DNA from: Candidatus Aenigmatarchaeota archaeon
GTDB lineage: Archaea > Aenigmatarchaeota > Aenigmatarchaeia > CG10238-14 > SCSR01
DNA: 64,000 bases
Direction: 5' to 3'
NCBI GenBank assembly: GCA_030615205.1
Contig: JAUWZS010000001.1
Location: forward strand, 76,993-140,992
Below the pieces are notes generated by a model. The model was not told where the DNA came from. It searched no databases and saw only the letters and a list, made by a program, of their open reading frames with translations. Shown one piece after another: positions 9,394-19,501 of the stretch. Both the position numbers and the translations under genes were made by a program. The stretch's first letter is position 1. Every line of letters begins with the position of its first letter.

Positions 9394-11181
9394 CTACCGT
9401 TTGTTGCCAGTCCCTATTATTTCTTTTACATTACCATAGCCGTTTGAACGAACATATTTTCGCAATACTGATGTACATTTTCTAAATACTTCTTCTGGTT
9501 GTGCGTATGCAAACACAGTTGCCATCTGACAGCCTGTTGCTCCAAGTAAAAAACGATCAACAATATTTTTCCAAGATATTCCGCCTACATTGAATATAGG
9601 CACGTCAATTTCTCTGTAAGCTTCAGCAAGAGCACGCTCACTCTTCTCTGCAACTGCTTTCCAAGAACCTCCTCCAAAGCCAGTAGGATTCCCCAATATT
9701 GTTAAATCTGTAAAACCTGGAAAATCATATGTGGGCTTGACTCTCAATGCATTAGTCAGCACTATGGCATCAGCACCACCTTCTTCTGCAGCTTTGGCAG
9801 ATTCGATATAATCTATGTTAGGCGAAAGTTTTACAGAAACTAGCACTTGTTTTGGGTGAGCAATTTCAACTACAGCCTTAGTTATGTCTTTTAAAAAGTC
9901 CGGATCGGCCTCTACAGATTTTAATTCTGTATGTGGACATGAAGCATTAATCTCAAGTGCATCTGCTCCATACTCTACAGCGTGCAAACCAACATGCCTA
10001 TAGCCATCAATACCTTTGCCAAAGATGCTGACATCTATTGGTATTCGCGCTGGTTCTAACGCTGGCTTTAATTCTTGTAATTCGATTCTATAATTTTCTA
10101 TCCCAGTATTTGGAAGACCCATCGCATTTGCCCATTTCTCAAGTTCATATTCAATAAAATTCGGTCCGTTATAACCCTCTCTCGGTTCTGGTCCTATGGA
10201 TTTTGTAACAACAGCACCAGCACCAGCCCTGGCCAAACGGTATAACCAACCACTTGCAAAACCAGATCCAGAAGCGTTCATCACTGTATTCGGATAATAA
10301 AGCCAATCGACCTTCATTTCAAGCAATGGGTCTTTTCTTCGTGCTAATGGTTTTAACGGCTCAAATGAGATATTTTCGCTTCCGTGCAAAAGCGACACTC
10401 TGCTACCAGTCTTATCTCTTGTCACTTTTCCGAATTCTGTTTTTAAAAGTTCTTCTCCGGATGCAATATGACCTTCTTTACACGTCCGTCTCCCACCAAG
10501 ATCGCATGCTCCACATACTCCCATAGCACATTTAGTTATACGTTCGTTGCAGACTTGAGAAGGAATGTTTCTTTTTTTAGCTTCCTTTACAACTTTGTAC
10601 GCCATCAGCTCAGGTCCGCATATCAAAACTAAATCAACTTTTAGTTCAAATAATTCAGGCAAAATATCAGTTACAATCCCTTCACGATCAGCAGAACCAT
10701 CCTCAGTTGTGACATGCACATCACACCCAATGCTATCAAAAACTCCACAGTATAATAAATCAGCTTTGGTTTTAGCACCCACTGCGACTGTAACTTCTTT
10801 ATCTTCTTTTCTCAAAACTTCAGCTGGGTAGCGGTTTACAGCCGAGCCATAGCCACCATTAAAAATAAGTGTGTGTTCGCCAAACAGGTTGTAGCAGTTG
10901 CCGTACGGACCTCGTACACCAATACGATCTCCTATACGCTTTTCATGCAGTGCTGTTGTACAATCGCCGACTTTTGTTACTGCAACTTCAAATTCCGAGC
11001 CAAACACAGAAGCAATAGCAATCGGCACTTCATCTTTGTAAGTAATCGGCGTGAGCATCAGAAATTGGCCAGGATGTGATTCAGAGGTGATTTCTTCAGA
11101 TTTGAATCTAAAGGATTTGATTCTCGGCGTTTCCTGTTTTATTTTTATTATTTCCAAAGGCTTCGGTCTGTTGAAAGGCAT
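9394..11181 (-). CDS. pyrKD: Fused dihydroorotate dehydrogenase: electron-transfer subunit (PyrK-like, N-terminal) joined to catalytic subunit (PyrD class 1B, C-terminal)
   Basis: 595 aa. N-terminal half has a ferredoxin-reductase-like fold and a 2Fe-2S Cys cluster 'CAMGVCGACDLGGRRTC'. C-terminal half has 'NASGSGF', 'VVTKSIGPEPREGYNGPNF' and 'INASCPHT' typical of PyrD. Confidence 0.85.
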   Translation of the reverse strand: MPFNRPKPLEIIKIKQETPRIKSFRFKSEEITSESHPGQFLMLTPITYKDEVPIAIASVFGSEFEVAVTKVGDCTTALHEKRIGDRIGVRGPYGNCYNLFGEHTLIFNGGYGSAVNRYPAEVLRKEDKEVTVAVGAKTKADLLYCGVFDSIGCDVHVTTEDGSADREGIVTDILPELFELKVDLVLICGPELMAYKVVKEAKKRNIPSQVCNERITKCAMGVCGACDLGGRRTCKEGHIASGEELLKTEFGKVTRDKTGSRVSLLHGSENISFEPLKPLARRKDPLLEMKVDWLYYPNTVMNASGSGFASGWLYRLARAGAGAVVTKSIGPEPREGYNGPNFIEYELEKWANAMGLPNTGIENYRIELQELKPALEPARIPIDVSIFGKGIDGYRHVGLHAVEYGADALEINASCPHTELKSVEADPDFLKDITKAVVEIAHPKQVLVSVKLSPNIDYIESAKAAEEGGADAIVLTNALRVKPTYDFPGFTDLTILGNPTGFGGGSWKAVAEKSERALAEAYREIDVPIFNVGGISWKNIVDRFLLGATGCQMATVFAYAQPEEVFRKCTSVLRKYVRSNGYGNVKEIIGTGNKR

Positions 11182-11221
11182 TAAAGATTAAATCGTTAGA
11201 AAAATATTTGTAGATGAGATT

Positions 11222-11920
11222 TTATTTGGTTGGAGGATTTTCAATGTAATTTTTAGTCTTTATGTGTTGTTCGTCTGTTATTAGATTTATTTTATGCAAA
11301 ATATCTATCATATCAAGTACACTCATGAAGGAATGCACCGCTATGCCGTTAGGTGAATATTTTGTAACATATCCTTCTAATTTTTTGACCCCGCCTTGTA
11401 ATCTGTCTACCAAAACTACTGCATCGTCCACTCTCGCGTAAATTTTATCTTGTTCACATTGTTTTGCAATTCTTTCGTCAAGACCTCTAACTATACTTCC
11501 GCCACTAGTTATCAAATCATCCATGATTGCTAATCTGTCACCTGTCTCAATCTTTCCTTGCACATATTTTGGTATGCCATGCTTTTTTACTATTTTAACC
11601 GTGTAACCGCTTGGTACGCCATAAGCGTAAGTCAAACAGCCTATATACGGAACTACAGCATCTGGGACCCCTATTACTAAATCAACATTTTCCAATCCAA
11701 CATCATTAACCAAAGTAAGATAAAGGGCTTCTGTTACGTCTTTTGCTAATTCTTGGCCACTAGCTTTTCCTCTAGAAGAAAGAAGCTCTCTTTCGTCAAT
11801 ATAGTAAGGACTCTTCAATCCAGAAACCAAAGTAAACTCTCCAAATTTTAAACCACCTGCTTTAAAAATATTACAAACAAGCCTTTCTCTTAATTCAGTG
11901 CACTCATCTCTCCACAACAT
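11222..11920 (-). CDS. pyrE: Orotate phosphoribosyltransferase
   Basis: 'GGLKFGEFTLVSGLKSPYYID' and PRPP-binding 'LAIMDDLITSGGS'. Confidence 0.85.
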   Translation of the reverse strand: MLWRDECTELRERLVCNIFKAGGLKFGEFTLVSGLKSPYYIDERELLSSRGKASGQELAKDVTEALYLTLVNDVGLENVDLVIGVPDAVVPYIGCLTYAYGVPSGYTVKIVKKHGIPKYVQGKIETGDRLAIMDDLITSGGSIVRGLDERIAKQCEQDKIYARVDDAVVLVDRLQGGVKKLEGYVTKYSPNGIAVHSFMSVLDMIDILHKINLITDEQHIKTKNYIENPPTK

Positions 11921-11927
11921 TTGATCA

Positions 11928-12857
11928 CTATTCTAAATGCGCTCCAAGAGCTCTCATTGCTTTTTCAATTTCTTCATTCAGGTTTCTTATTTGACCAGCT
12001 GCAGCTCCAGCATAGTCATCGGTTTCTTTTTTCTCACAAGCATAATTTATTCCGCTTGAACTGTTTATTCTTTGAATTGCAAGCCTATTTTTAGTCTGAA
12101 CCAGAACTTTAGTAACATCGAAGGCTGACCCCCCTTGCGCACCTACACCTGGAATCAATATTGGAACTAAAGCACCAGTTTCAACTATATGTTTTGATAA
12201 ATCTTCAAATTCTTTCAATGAAGTTGCTCCTGCTACTATTCCAACATTACCGTTAGCCTCCGCTCCCCAATTAATAACCTCGTCAAGTACCTTTATGTAA
12301 AGAGGCTTTGGCGGTTCGGTTAGTGTTTTACCATCAACAACTTTATCTGGAGGAATGACATAAAGATTTTGAAAATCGGCACCGCCCTTATTGGACGTCC
12401 TATCTAAAATATAAACACCTTTTCCTTTCTTTTCAGACCACTCGATAAATGGGCCTACACTGTCAGAACCCATATAAGGTGCAACAGTAACTGCGTCTGC
12501 ACCCCAAAATCTAAATACTTCCTCAGCGTAAGCTGCACTAGTTTTACCTATATCCCCCCTCTTTGCATCTAAATCAACAGGTAATCCTTTCGATTTAGAG
12601 TATTCTATTACTTTTTTTAACGCCCTTAATCCAGGAAATCCATATCGAGCATAAAATGCATAATTGGGTTTAATTAAACCAGGCGATGTTTTTTTATTTT
12701 GTAAAGCTACGTCAATGATATCAATGTAGAATCTTGTAATAGCAACTTCTGGATCTTTTTTAATAGGTATTCTATTTAAATCAGGATCGGCACCCATGCA
12801 AACTATGCTATTATTTTCGATTGAAGTTTGAATTAATTTATCAATATAACCGCTCAT
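11928..12857 (-). CDS. pyrF: Orotidine 5'-phosphate decarboxylase (type 2)
   Basis: 309 aa with 'DLDAKRGDIGKT' catalytic motif. Adjacent to pyrE and pyrKD. Confidence 0.8.
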   Translation of the reverse strand: MSGYIDKLIQTSIENNSIVCMGADPDLNRIPIKKDPEVAITRFYIDIIDVALQNKKTSPGLIKPNYAFYARYGFPGLRALKKVIEYSKSKGLPVDLDAKRGDIGKTSAAYAEEVFRFWGADAVTVAPYMGSDSVGPFIEWSEKKGKGVYILDRTSNKGGADFQNLYVIPPDKVVDGKTLTEPPKPLYIKVLDEVINWGAEANGNVGIVAGATSLKEFEDLSKHIVETGALVPILIPGVGAQGGSAFDVTKVLVQTKNRLAIQRINSSSGINYACEKKETDDYAGAAAGQIRNLNEEIEKAMRALGAHLE

Positions 12858-12960
12858 AGTTAAGAAATGGTAAAAAAGATATAAATAGAAGGTAAGATTG
12901 TAACAAAGCTTAAATTTGTTTAAAAAAATAACAAAAATAAATATGAAACAAGAAAAAGAC

Positions 12961-13491
12961 TTATAAATTTGATAAAAGCTCTTCTATCAATAACTTGGGT
13001 TCACGATTGTATATAATCTTCCCACCCTTCTTGCCACTGTTCTTTATAAATTCTTCAATACCGTTACTGTCACAAAGCCCACCTGTGCCTTTTAACAAGC
13101 CTATTAGCTTCTTTTCATCATACGCTATAGTAAATTCATTCAGCGTTCCAATTCTGCCGGATATTACAACAACACCATCACAACTCCTAATGAATGGAAC
13201 ATTTCTCCCTTTGTACCCAAATCCAGTAAATATTAAAACGTCGAAGTAATCAGTAGGCAACCCATATTTTTCTTTATGTTCATCTTCATCAGCTGCAGGA
13301 GAAAAACCCATTGTGAATCCGTCTCTTTCCTTTGCTCCTATTACAGCCTCATACGAAACACCAATTGCCGCACCAGTTAAAAGAAGACAGTTGTGAGTTG
13401 CAATTTCTCTTCCTATCTCTCTAGCTTTCTCTAAAACATCGCTCTCACATGCTCTTGCAGACCCTATAACACCCACCTTGTATTTCATCAA
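12961..13491 (-). CDS. LOG/TIGR00725-like Rossmann-fold nucleotide-binding protein
   Basis: 176 aa. 'KVGVIGSARA...LLTGAAIGVSYEA...GRIGTLNEF' pattern of the COG1611/LOG family. Confidence 0.65.
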   Translation of the reverse strand: MMKYKVGVIGSARACESDVLEKAREIGREIATHNCLLLTGAAIGVSYEAVIGAKERDGFTMGFSPAADEDEHKEKYGLPTDYFDVLIFTGFGYKGRNVPFIRSCDGVVVISGRIGTLNEFTIAYDEKKLIGLLKGTGGLCDSNGIEEFIKNSGKKGGKIIYNREPKLLIEELLSNL

Positions 13492-13570
13492 TATAGTCTT
13501 TAAAAAGAAAAAATTAATAACAAGCTGAAATAGCTTTATAAACCTCTAAAAATTTGATAATAAGATTATT

Positions 13571-13720
13571 ATGCAACCAAAACACTGCCCAAAATGCAAA
13601 AGCACGCAACTGAATTTTATGCCTTGGCTTGGTCTGATATACGAATGTCGAAAGTGCGGATGGCGTGGCCCAATGGTTGTTAGTAAAAAGAAAAGAATCA
13701 GCCGCAGCCGTAAAATTTAG
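13571..13720 (+). CDS. Small zinc-ribbon protein (49 aa), unannotated in the ORF track
   Basis: 'MQPKHCPKCKSTQLNF...YECRKCGWRG', i.e. C-x2-C...C-x2-C followed by a basic tail. Overlaps by 23 nt the 3' end of the convergent nuclease gene. Confidence 0.3.
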   Translation: MQPKHCPKCKSTQLNFMPWLGLIYECRKCGWRGPMVVSKKKRISRSRKI

Positions 13721-14180
13721 CCCATTCTTCGTTCGCAAATTCGCTCCGCTCGCAAAAATCCTTCAAAATTTTCGCATATCCGGCTTCAAGTAGCTCTTTA
13801 TTCAAATTTCTAAGCACTCTCCCGCAATAAACTACTGCTATGATTCGCCTGTGGCTTCGCGAGACTTGCAAATCATCTTCATCTACAACAACATCAGAAC
13901 CGATTGGGCACATACTTTCGACAAAGCTCTTAGAATCTTCGTATGCGGCTTCCCATTTCTCTGGTGCATTAATCAAAGCAAGCCTTATAGTATCTCCGTT
14001 TATTTGCAATGTATCGCCGTCTGTGATGCGTTCGATCGTGCCGTAAAAGCATCTTGCTGAGCCTTTGCATATGCTTTTCAGAAACGCAGACTCCGGAGTT
14101 CCCTGTATAAGCAGTAAATAAACTGCGCACAAGAAACTGGCCAAAACAATGGCTAAAGCTAAAATTAATTTTCTTTTCAT
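13698..14180 (-). CDS. Secreted thermonuclease (staphylococcal nuclease-like) with N-terminal signal/TM
   Basis: 160 aa. Hydrophobic N-terminus, then 'ITDGDTLQINGDTIRLALINAPEK', which matches the SNase fold signature. Confidence 0.75.
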   Translation of the reverse strand: MKRKLILALAIVLASFLCAVYLLLIQGTPESAFLKSICKGSARCFYGTIERITDGDTLQINGDTIRLALINAPEKWEAAYEDSKSFVESMCPIGSDVVVDEDDLQVSRSHRRIIAVVYCGRVLRNLNKELLEAGYAKILKDFCERSEFANEEWAKFYGCG

Positions 14181-14213
14181 TAATTTCTTTGAAGCGCGAG
14201 CAGTAGAAAATCT

Positions 14214-15356
14214 TTATTCAAAACTGTGGGTGGTTGTAAATTTGCGGGCATTTGCAAAATGCGAAAGCCTTGTCTGGCGAGAATTGATTTCTATAAATGG
14301 CGTGGCACGCTTTAATATAACTCCCACATTTTTTAATTCTTTTATGTTGTTGAATCTTGCGCCTAGGCCACGGCTTTCTAGTATGCGGTTTGCTGTTTCT
14401 ATTCCGATGCCTGGGACTTTTATCAAATCGTCGAATTCTGCGGAATTGATATTAATTGAAATCTCGTTCTTTGCAGCAAAGAGAAACTTTGGATCGTATT
14501 TCAAATTTAGCATATCATTGCTGTTGAGCATGAAATCTTTTTTCTTAAAACCATATTTTTGGACTAAGAACGAGCTTTGATAAAGCCTGTACTCACGCCA
14601 TCTATTTTCAGCTGGCTTATTTTCAAGTGGTGTGTGTTTTACTGGATTAAATGCTGAAAAATAAACGCGATGTGCGCCAAGCTTGTTATACATCCATTCA
14701 ACTGCATTTAAAATCTCCTTGTCAGTTTCGTCACTTGCGCCAACTACCATCTGGGAATCCAATCCTGCTTTGCATTTCCCGTGCTCTTGCGCTTTCTTTA
14801 TTTCGCGTGCGAGCAGCCGTATGCGTTTCATTATGTCCTGTTTAAAATCCAAAAATATTTTCATGTCGTTGTAATGCCCGGCTGAAGGGAATTCGAGATT
14901 TATACCAACACGGTCTGCAAGCTGCACTGACTCGCGTATTAAATCATAACTTGCACCTGGCATGATTCTCAAATGCACATATCCTGTAAACCCCCGGTTG
15001 CGTAAAATCCTTGCTGTCTCGATCTGCTCTTCAACCATCTTATTCGGATCTTTATCAACACATGAACTCAAAAAAATGCCGCGTATGCGATGCTGCTGCC
15101 ATACTTTCATTGTTACATTTGCAAGCTGTTCAGGGACCCAACGCTCGCGGTGGGTATGGCGTTCTGCACGAAACGGGCAGAATTTGCAATCATTCGAACA
15201 ATAACTACTCATCAGTGTCTTCAGCAAAGGAACAGTGCAACCACGACCAGCAGCTTCGAAAATAGGAACCCTGATTTTGTCATGTTCTGCTGCTATTGTA
15301 AGTGAATGCCACTTTTTGCGCTTGAGAAGCTTATGCCTGTGTCTTAGTTTAGACAT
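14214..15356 (-). CDS. Radical SAM protein with C-terminal helix-hairpin-helix (putative DNA modification/repair radical SAM family)
   Basis: 380 aa. 'CSNDCKFCPF' CxxxCxxC motif. C-terminal 'LIKVPGIGIETANRIL' HhH. Confidence 0.75.
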   Translation of the reverse strand: MSKLRHRHKLLKRKKWHSLTIAAEHDKIRVPIFEAAGRGCTVPLLKTLMSSYCSNDCKFCPFRAERHTHRERWVPEQLANVTMKVWQQHRIRGIFLSSCVDKDPNKMVEEQIETARILRNRGFTGYVHLRIMPGASYDLIRESVQLADRVGINLEFPSAGHYNDMKIFLDFKQDIMKRIRLLAREIKKAQEHGKCKAGLDSQMVVGASDETDKEILNAVEWMYNKLGAHRVYFSAFNPVKHTPLENKPAENRWREYRLYQSSFLVQKYGFKKKDFMLNSNDMLNLKYDPKFLFAAKNEISININSAEFDDLIKVPGIGIETANRILESRGLGARFNNIKELKNVGVILKRATPFIEINSRQTRLSHFANARKFTTTHSFE

Positions 15357-15451
15357 AAGAAAGATTTAGCTGTTGGTATATACACGCTTTTTGAGAGTAG
15401 ACTTCCGAAGAGCTTTTGAGAAGTAAAATTAAGAATCGTCACTGCTTCAAA

Positions 15452-15736
15452 TCAAACTCTTTCTGGGATGATTGGTGGTCTTTCATCTGTCACAAGATCA
15501 AGATACGCACGTACCCTGAACACGTAAGTTATATACGCTTTTATAAAGTTGCTCAATGTTTTGTGGCGCCTGCCGAGAATCAGAATATGTAACCAAAGAA
15601 GAATTCCCACTAAGCCTGCAAGAACTGAAAATAGCCACAAAATAATAGCTATAGGTATTGCATATATTATCCTTACAAACAGCTCCAATCTAGATGCTTT
15701 TTCCTTGTAGCTTATTTGCGATTTTACAGTTCTCAT
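15452..15736 (-). CDS. Small membrane protein (DUF4389-like)
   Basis: 94 aa with two TM helices. 'RIIYAIPIAIILWLFSVLAGLVGILLW' pattern. Confidence 0.45.
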   Translation of the reverse strand: MRTVKSQISYKEKASRLELFVRIIYAIPIAIILWLFSVLAGLVGILLWLHILILGRRHKTLSNFIKAYITYVFRVRAYLDLVTDERPPIIPERV

Positions 15737-15790
15737 AAAAATTACTTGTCTTCACAGATTATTAAACTTTCATTTGAGTTTAAAACTTTT

Positions 15791-16066
15791 TTAAACTTTC
15801 TTTGAATCTTCCTTTCGCTTTTTAAGTTCGGACTGCAATTTATCCAAACCCTTTATACTCATACCTTGCCCAGAGAATGCTTTATCATCAACTTTACCAT
15901 ATTTTTCTATGACTTTAGAGGTAGGAACATCACCAATTCCCTTAGTGCAATCCTCACAAATCGTAATGACTTTTTTTGTGTCTTCATCACCAGCTGAAAA
16001 AACAGTCTTATCCTTTCCACATATCATGCATTTGCCTTCGAATGTTGCTGAGAGTTTAATCTTCAT
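15791..16066 (-). CDS. Small Cys-containing hypothetical protein (possible Zn-binding)
   Basis: 91 aa. 'CMICGKD...ICEDC' CxxC...CxxC arrangement. Confidence 0.45.
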   Translation of the reverse strand: MKIKLSATFEGKCMICGKDKTVFSAGDEDTKKVITICEDCTKGIGDVPTSKVIEKYGKVDDKAFSGQGMSIKGLDKLQSELKKRKEDSKKV

Positions 16067-16448
16067 AAAGATTATTCGCTTTTAAAAAATAAAACGTTCT
16101 TGAAAAAATAAAATTTTAATAATTATGATTCTAATTTTTTTTAGATATCTTTATATTCAAGTTTGAGAAAAATATTATTATAACAATTTGAGGTGTACAA
16201 ATTGGCAAGGAAGAGAAAAAAGAAAAAGAAGAAGAAAAAGAAGAAGCGATGATGTATGTTGATGTTTCTTTAATTTTTTAATTTTTTTTAATTTTTCAAT
16301 CTCTTTTTCTTGTGATTCGTGATTGTAATTCGTATTCACTATTTCTATTTTTTTAAGACAAGTTGGCTTTTTTTTATTGCTATTTGAGGCATCGCGCAAA
16401 CAATAAATTAATTTTAATAATTCGAAATCAAAACAGAATATATGTGAT

Positions 16449-18368
16449 TTGATGCATAAGGTTCTCCTAGGCAAAAGTGGCAAAAAAGTACTTTTACTCG
16501 GAAATGAAGCGATTGTTAGAGGAGCGCTCGAAGCAGGCGTGCAATTCGCATCAACATATCCTGGAACGCCCGCATCTGAAATCGGCGATACTTTCTCGAG
16601 AATTGCAAAGGACGCTGGAATCTATTTCGAATACAGCACAAATGAAAAAGTTGCATTCGAAGCTGCGGCCGGAGCTGCATTTTCTGGCCTGCGATCTATG
16701 GTTTCTTTCAAGCATTTTGGTTTAAATGTCGCTTCTGATTCTGTATCACCTGTTGCTTATGTTGGTGTGGAGGGTGGAATGGTCGTAGTTTTTGCAGATG
16801 ATCCAAGCGGGTGGAGCAGTGCACAGAGCGAACAGGACAGTCGATGTTATGCAAAATTTGTGCATATGCCTATGCTGGAGCCGTCAAATTCGCAAGAATG
16901 CATAGATTTCGTGAAGATCGCATTTAATCTGTCAGAAAAATTCAAGATACCTGTTTTTATTCGATTGACTACTCGTGTGAACCATACAAGAGGCGTAGTC
17001 ACACTTAGCAGAAGCGTTAAAGGCGACAGGAAAGCAAAATTTGTCAAAGACCTAGAAAAGTACAACAACCTCCCTCCGAAAATAATCAAGATGCATGCTG
17101 ACATATCCAAAAAAATTGAGAATATAAGGAGCGAAGTGTCGGAAAAAAGTGAATTGAATCGGGTGGTCAATAACGATGTAAGTGGCGAATTGGGTGTGAT
17201 AACATCTGGTGTATCGTTTAATTATGTTATGGATGCGTTGGACGAGCTCAATATAAAATTGCCTGTGCTTAAACTGGGCATAACATATCCTCTGCCAAAA
17301 AAGAAGATTGGAGAGTTTTTGAAGAAGTTGAAGTCAGTCATCGTTGTCGAGGAGCTCGAACCATTTTTGGAAAAGGAAATCCAAGCAATCGCAAAAGATG
17401 CAAATCCTACACTAAAAATTTTCGGTAAATATGAAAAAGCTGAGAAAAGAGGCGGCGAGAAGCTGTTTCCAATTGCAGGCGAGTACACCCCTAAATTAGT
17501 TCTAATAGCATTAGCAAAAGCCGCAAACAAAAAATTAGATTTCGATTACGATGGCCACATGGAAAAGTATAACAAACTGCAGATTGCACGACGTTTTCCA
17601 GTTTTGTGTCCTGGCTGTCCGCATCGCACGACTTTTTATGCAGTGAAAAAAGCAGCAGGTGAAGACGCGGTGATAGGCGGCGACATAGGATGTTACATGC
17701 TTGGTGTATTCCCGCCTTTCGAGACTCTGGACTTTATCCTGTCAATGGGAGCTGGCCTCGGAGTCGCTCATGGCATAAAGAAGGCAGGCTTGACAACAAA
17801 AGAAGGCAAGCGAAAAGTGGTAGCATATGTCGGTGATTCTACATTTTTCCATGCAGGAATACCTGCACTGATAAACATGGTCTTCAATAAATCCAATGTA
17901 TTGGTCATAGCATTGGATAATCGCATCACCGCAATGACCGGCTTCCAACCACATCCGGGTACAGGCAAAACAGGATTAGGCGAGCCGACTGAACAAATAA
18001 AAATCGAAGATATTGCTCGTGCTTGCGGTGTAAAAAATGTGAAAGTGGTCGACCCGTACAATATTAAAGATATGATGTCTACTGTCAAAGAATTCTTGGA
18101 GAAGGATGAAGTATCTGTAATTGTTGCCAAGCGCCAATGCTATCTTCTCGAATACCGCGCGAAGAGAAGAAAAGGTATTGAGACGCCGATATTCGAAATC
18201 GTTGACGAATTGACAGATGCGGAGAAAAAGGCAATTGTCGAATTTGGATGCCCAGCTTATTACATAGACGAAGAAGGTAAGATGCAGATAGACAAGAGCA
18301 TGTGCTGGGGATGTGCTTCTTGCGTGCAACTTGTCGGACAAGGTAAAATAAAACCGATGGAGAAGTGA
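16449..18368 (+). CDS. iorA: Indolepyruvate:ferredoxin oxidoreductase alpha subunit
   Basis: 639 aa. N-terminal 'LLGNEAIVRGALEAGVQFASTYPGTPASEI', TPP-binding region and C-terminal Cys-rich ferredoxin-like tail. Confidence 0.9.
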   Translation: MMHKVLLGKSGKKVLLLGNEAIVRGALEAGVQFASTYPGTPASEIGDTFSRIAKDAGIYFEYSTNEKVAFEAAAGAAFSGLRSMVSFKHFGLNVASDSVSPVAYVGVEGGMVVVFADDPSGWSSAQSEQDSRCYAKFVHMPMLEPSNSQECIDFVKIAFNLSEKFKIPVFIRLTTRVNHTRGVVTLSRSVKGDRKAKFVKDLEKYNNLPPKIIKMHADISKKIENIRSEVSEKSELNRVVNNDVSGELGVITSGVSFNYVMDALDELNIKLPVLKLGITYPLPKKKIGEFLKKLKSVIVVEELEPFLEKEIQAIAKDANPTLKIFGKYEKAEKRGGEKLFPIAGEYTPKLVLIALAKAANKKLDFDYDGHMEKYNKLQIARRFPVLCPGCPHRTTFYAVKKAAGEDAVIGGDIGCYMLGVFPPFETLDFILSMGAGLGVAHGIKKAGLTTKEGKRKVVAYVGDSTFFHAGIPALINMVFNKSNVLVIALDNRITAMTGFQPHPGTGKTGLGEPTEQIKIEDIARACGVKNVKVVDPYNIKDMMSTVKEFLEKDEVSVIVAKRQCYLLEYRAKRRKGIETPIFEIVDELTDAEKKAIVEFGCPAYYIDEEGKMQIDKSMCWGCASCVQLVGQGKIKPMEK

Positions 18369-18376
18369 AAAAGTAG

Positions 18377-18991
18377 GTGAAATGGATGGTTGAAAACGCG
18401 AAAGATGTGAAAGAGTTCAATGTCGTAGTTATTGGTGTTGGCGGGCAGGGGCTGCTTACACTTGCCGGAATAATATCTGAAGCTGCGCTGAAGCAAGGTT
18501 ACGATGTAAAGATGTCTGAGCTCCACGGTTTATCGCAACGTGGCGGTAGTGTAGCTTGCCAGATTAGATTTGGTGAAAAAATATATTCGTCGCTCATTAA
18601 GCCTGGCCGCGCGGATCTTATAATCGCGCTTGAGCCACTTGAAGCCTTACGTGCAGCAAAGTTCGCATCTGAGAAGAAAACAACAATAATAATTAATACC
18701 CACAAGACCAAGCCTGTGTCCGTGATGGTCTCGAACGAAAAATATCCCTCGCTTGAAGCTGTGAAAAAAGAGTTAAAGGATTTTGTCAAAGATGCAATCG
18801 ATACTGATGCAACTGAAATCGCTATCAAAGCTACTGGCACACCTGTGACTGCAAACATCTACATGTTGGGTATTGCTAGCGCACGCGGGCTGATACCGAT
18901 TGAAAAAGCCATGCTCTTAGAATCGATAAAAGAAACTGTTCCTGAAAAGTATTTTGAAATGAACAAGAAGATTTTTGAAGTAGCTAAATAA
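18377..18991 (+). CDS. iorB: Indolepyruvate:ferredoxin oxidoreductase beta subunit
   Basis: 204 aa with 'VVIGVGGQGLLTLAGI' gamma-type domain. Immediately downstream of iorA. Confidence 0.85.
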   Translation: MKWMVENAKDVKEFNVVVIGVGGQGLLTLAGIISEAALKQGYDVKMSELHGLSQRGGSVACQIRFGEKIYSSLIKPGRADLIIALEPLEALRAAKFASEKKTTIIINTHKTKPVSVMVSNEKYPSLEAVKKELKDFVKDAIDTDATEIAIKATGTPVTANIYMLGIASARGLIPIEKAMLLESIKETVPEKYFEMNKKIFEVAK

Positions 18992-19014
18992 TTTTTTATT
19001 CTATATTTTTTTCT

Positions 19015-19479
19015 CTATTTCTTATCCAGAAGCAGGTGTAAATTGTAGCTTGAGAAAGAGACTAAAAACCAGAATAGGAAGAACTCAGTTGAGACCCGCA
19101 CAAAAGCAAAATATATTGATGCTATAACAAGAGAAAACAAAACAGAAAATTTAAACGTGTGTGTAATGCCGCGGTGCTTTGTCGGCAGATATTTCAAAAT
19201 GAGATATAGCAAAATAAAATAGAATGGTGCGTAATACCATGTTGCTGTGTAAAAGAAAACATATGCTCCCACTAAAATAGCAGCAATCATGAAAGAAAAC
19301 ACATCACGTATTTTCGATCTTTTCATATCAACATCCGGAAACAGCGATGCAAAAATTGTAAGAATAATAAGCGCAATTAGGCTTTCAAAGCTCATTTGAA
19401 AATTTGCAAAATAGAAAATTGAAATCCAAGCTATAACAAGAAAAAGAGAAAAGATTAAATGACCTTCCCAATCTGGCAT
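19015..19479 (-). CDS. Membrane-bound metal-dependent hydrolase-like protein (DUF457/YdjM-like)
   Basis: 154 aa, multi-TM. 'HRGITHT' and 'PDVD' His motifs typical of YdjM-like proteins. Confidence 0.5.
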   Translation of the reverse strand: MPDWEGHLIFSLFLVIAWISIFYFANFQMSFESLIALIILTIFASLFPDVDMKRSKIRDVFSFMIAAILVGAYVFFYTATWYYAPFYFILLYLILKYLPTKHRGITHTFKFSVLFSLVIASIYFAFVRVSTEFFLFWFLVSFSSYNLHLLLDKK

Positions 19480-19501
19480 AGCATTGCCTCGAAAAATTTA
19501 T

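Noticed and set aside
16178-16483. 101-aa minus-strand ORF in the iorA upstream region
   Set aside because: Made of poly-purine/poly-pyrimidine low-complexity DNA (AAGAAGAAAAAG repeats, TTAATTTTTT repeats). This is more likely a divergent promoter region with ATTCGT-type repeats than a gene.
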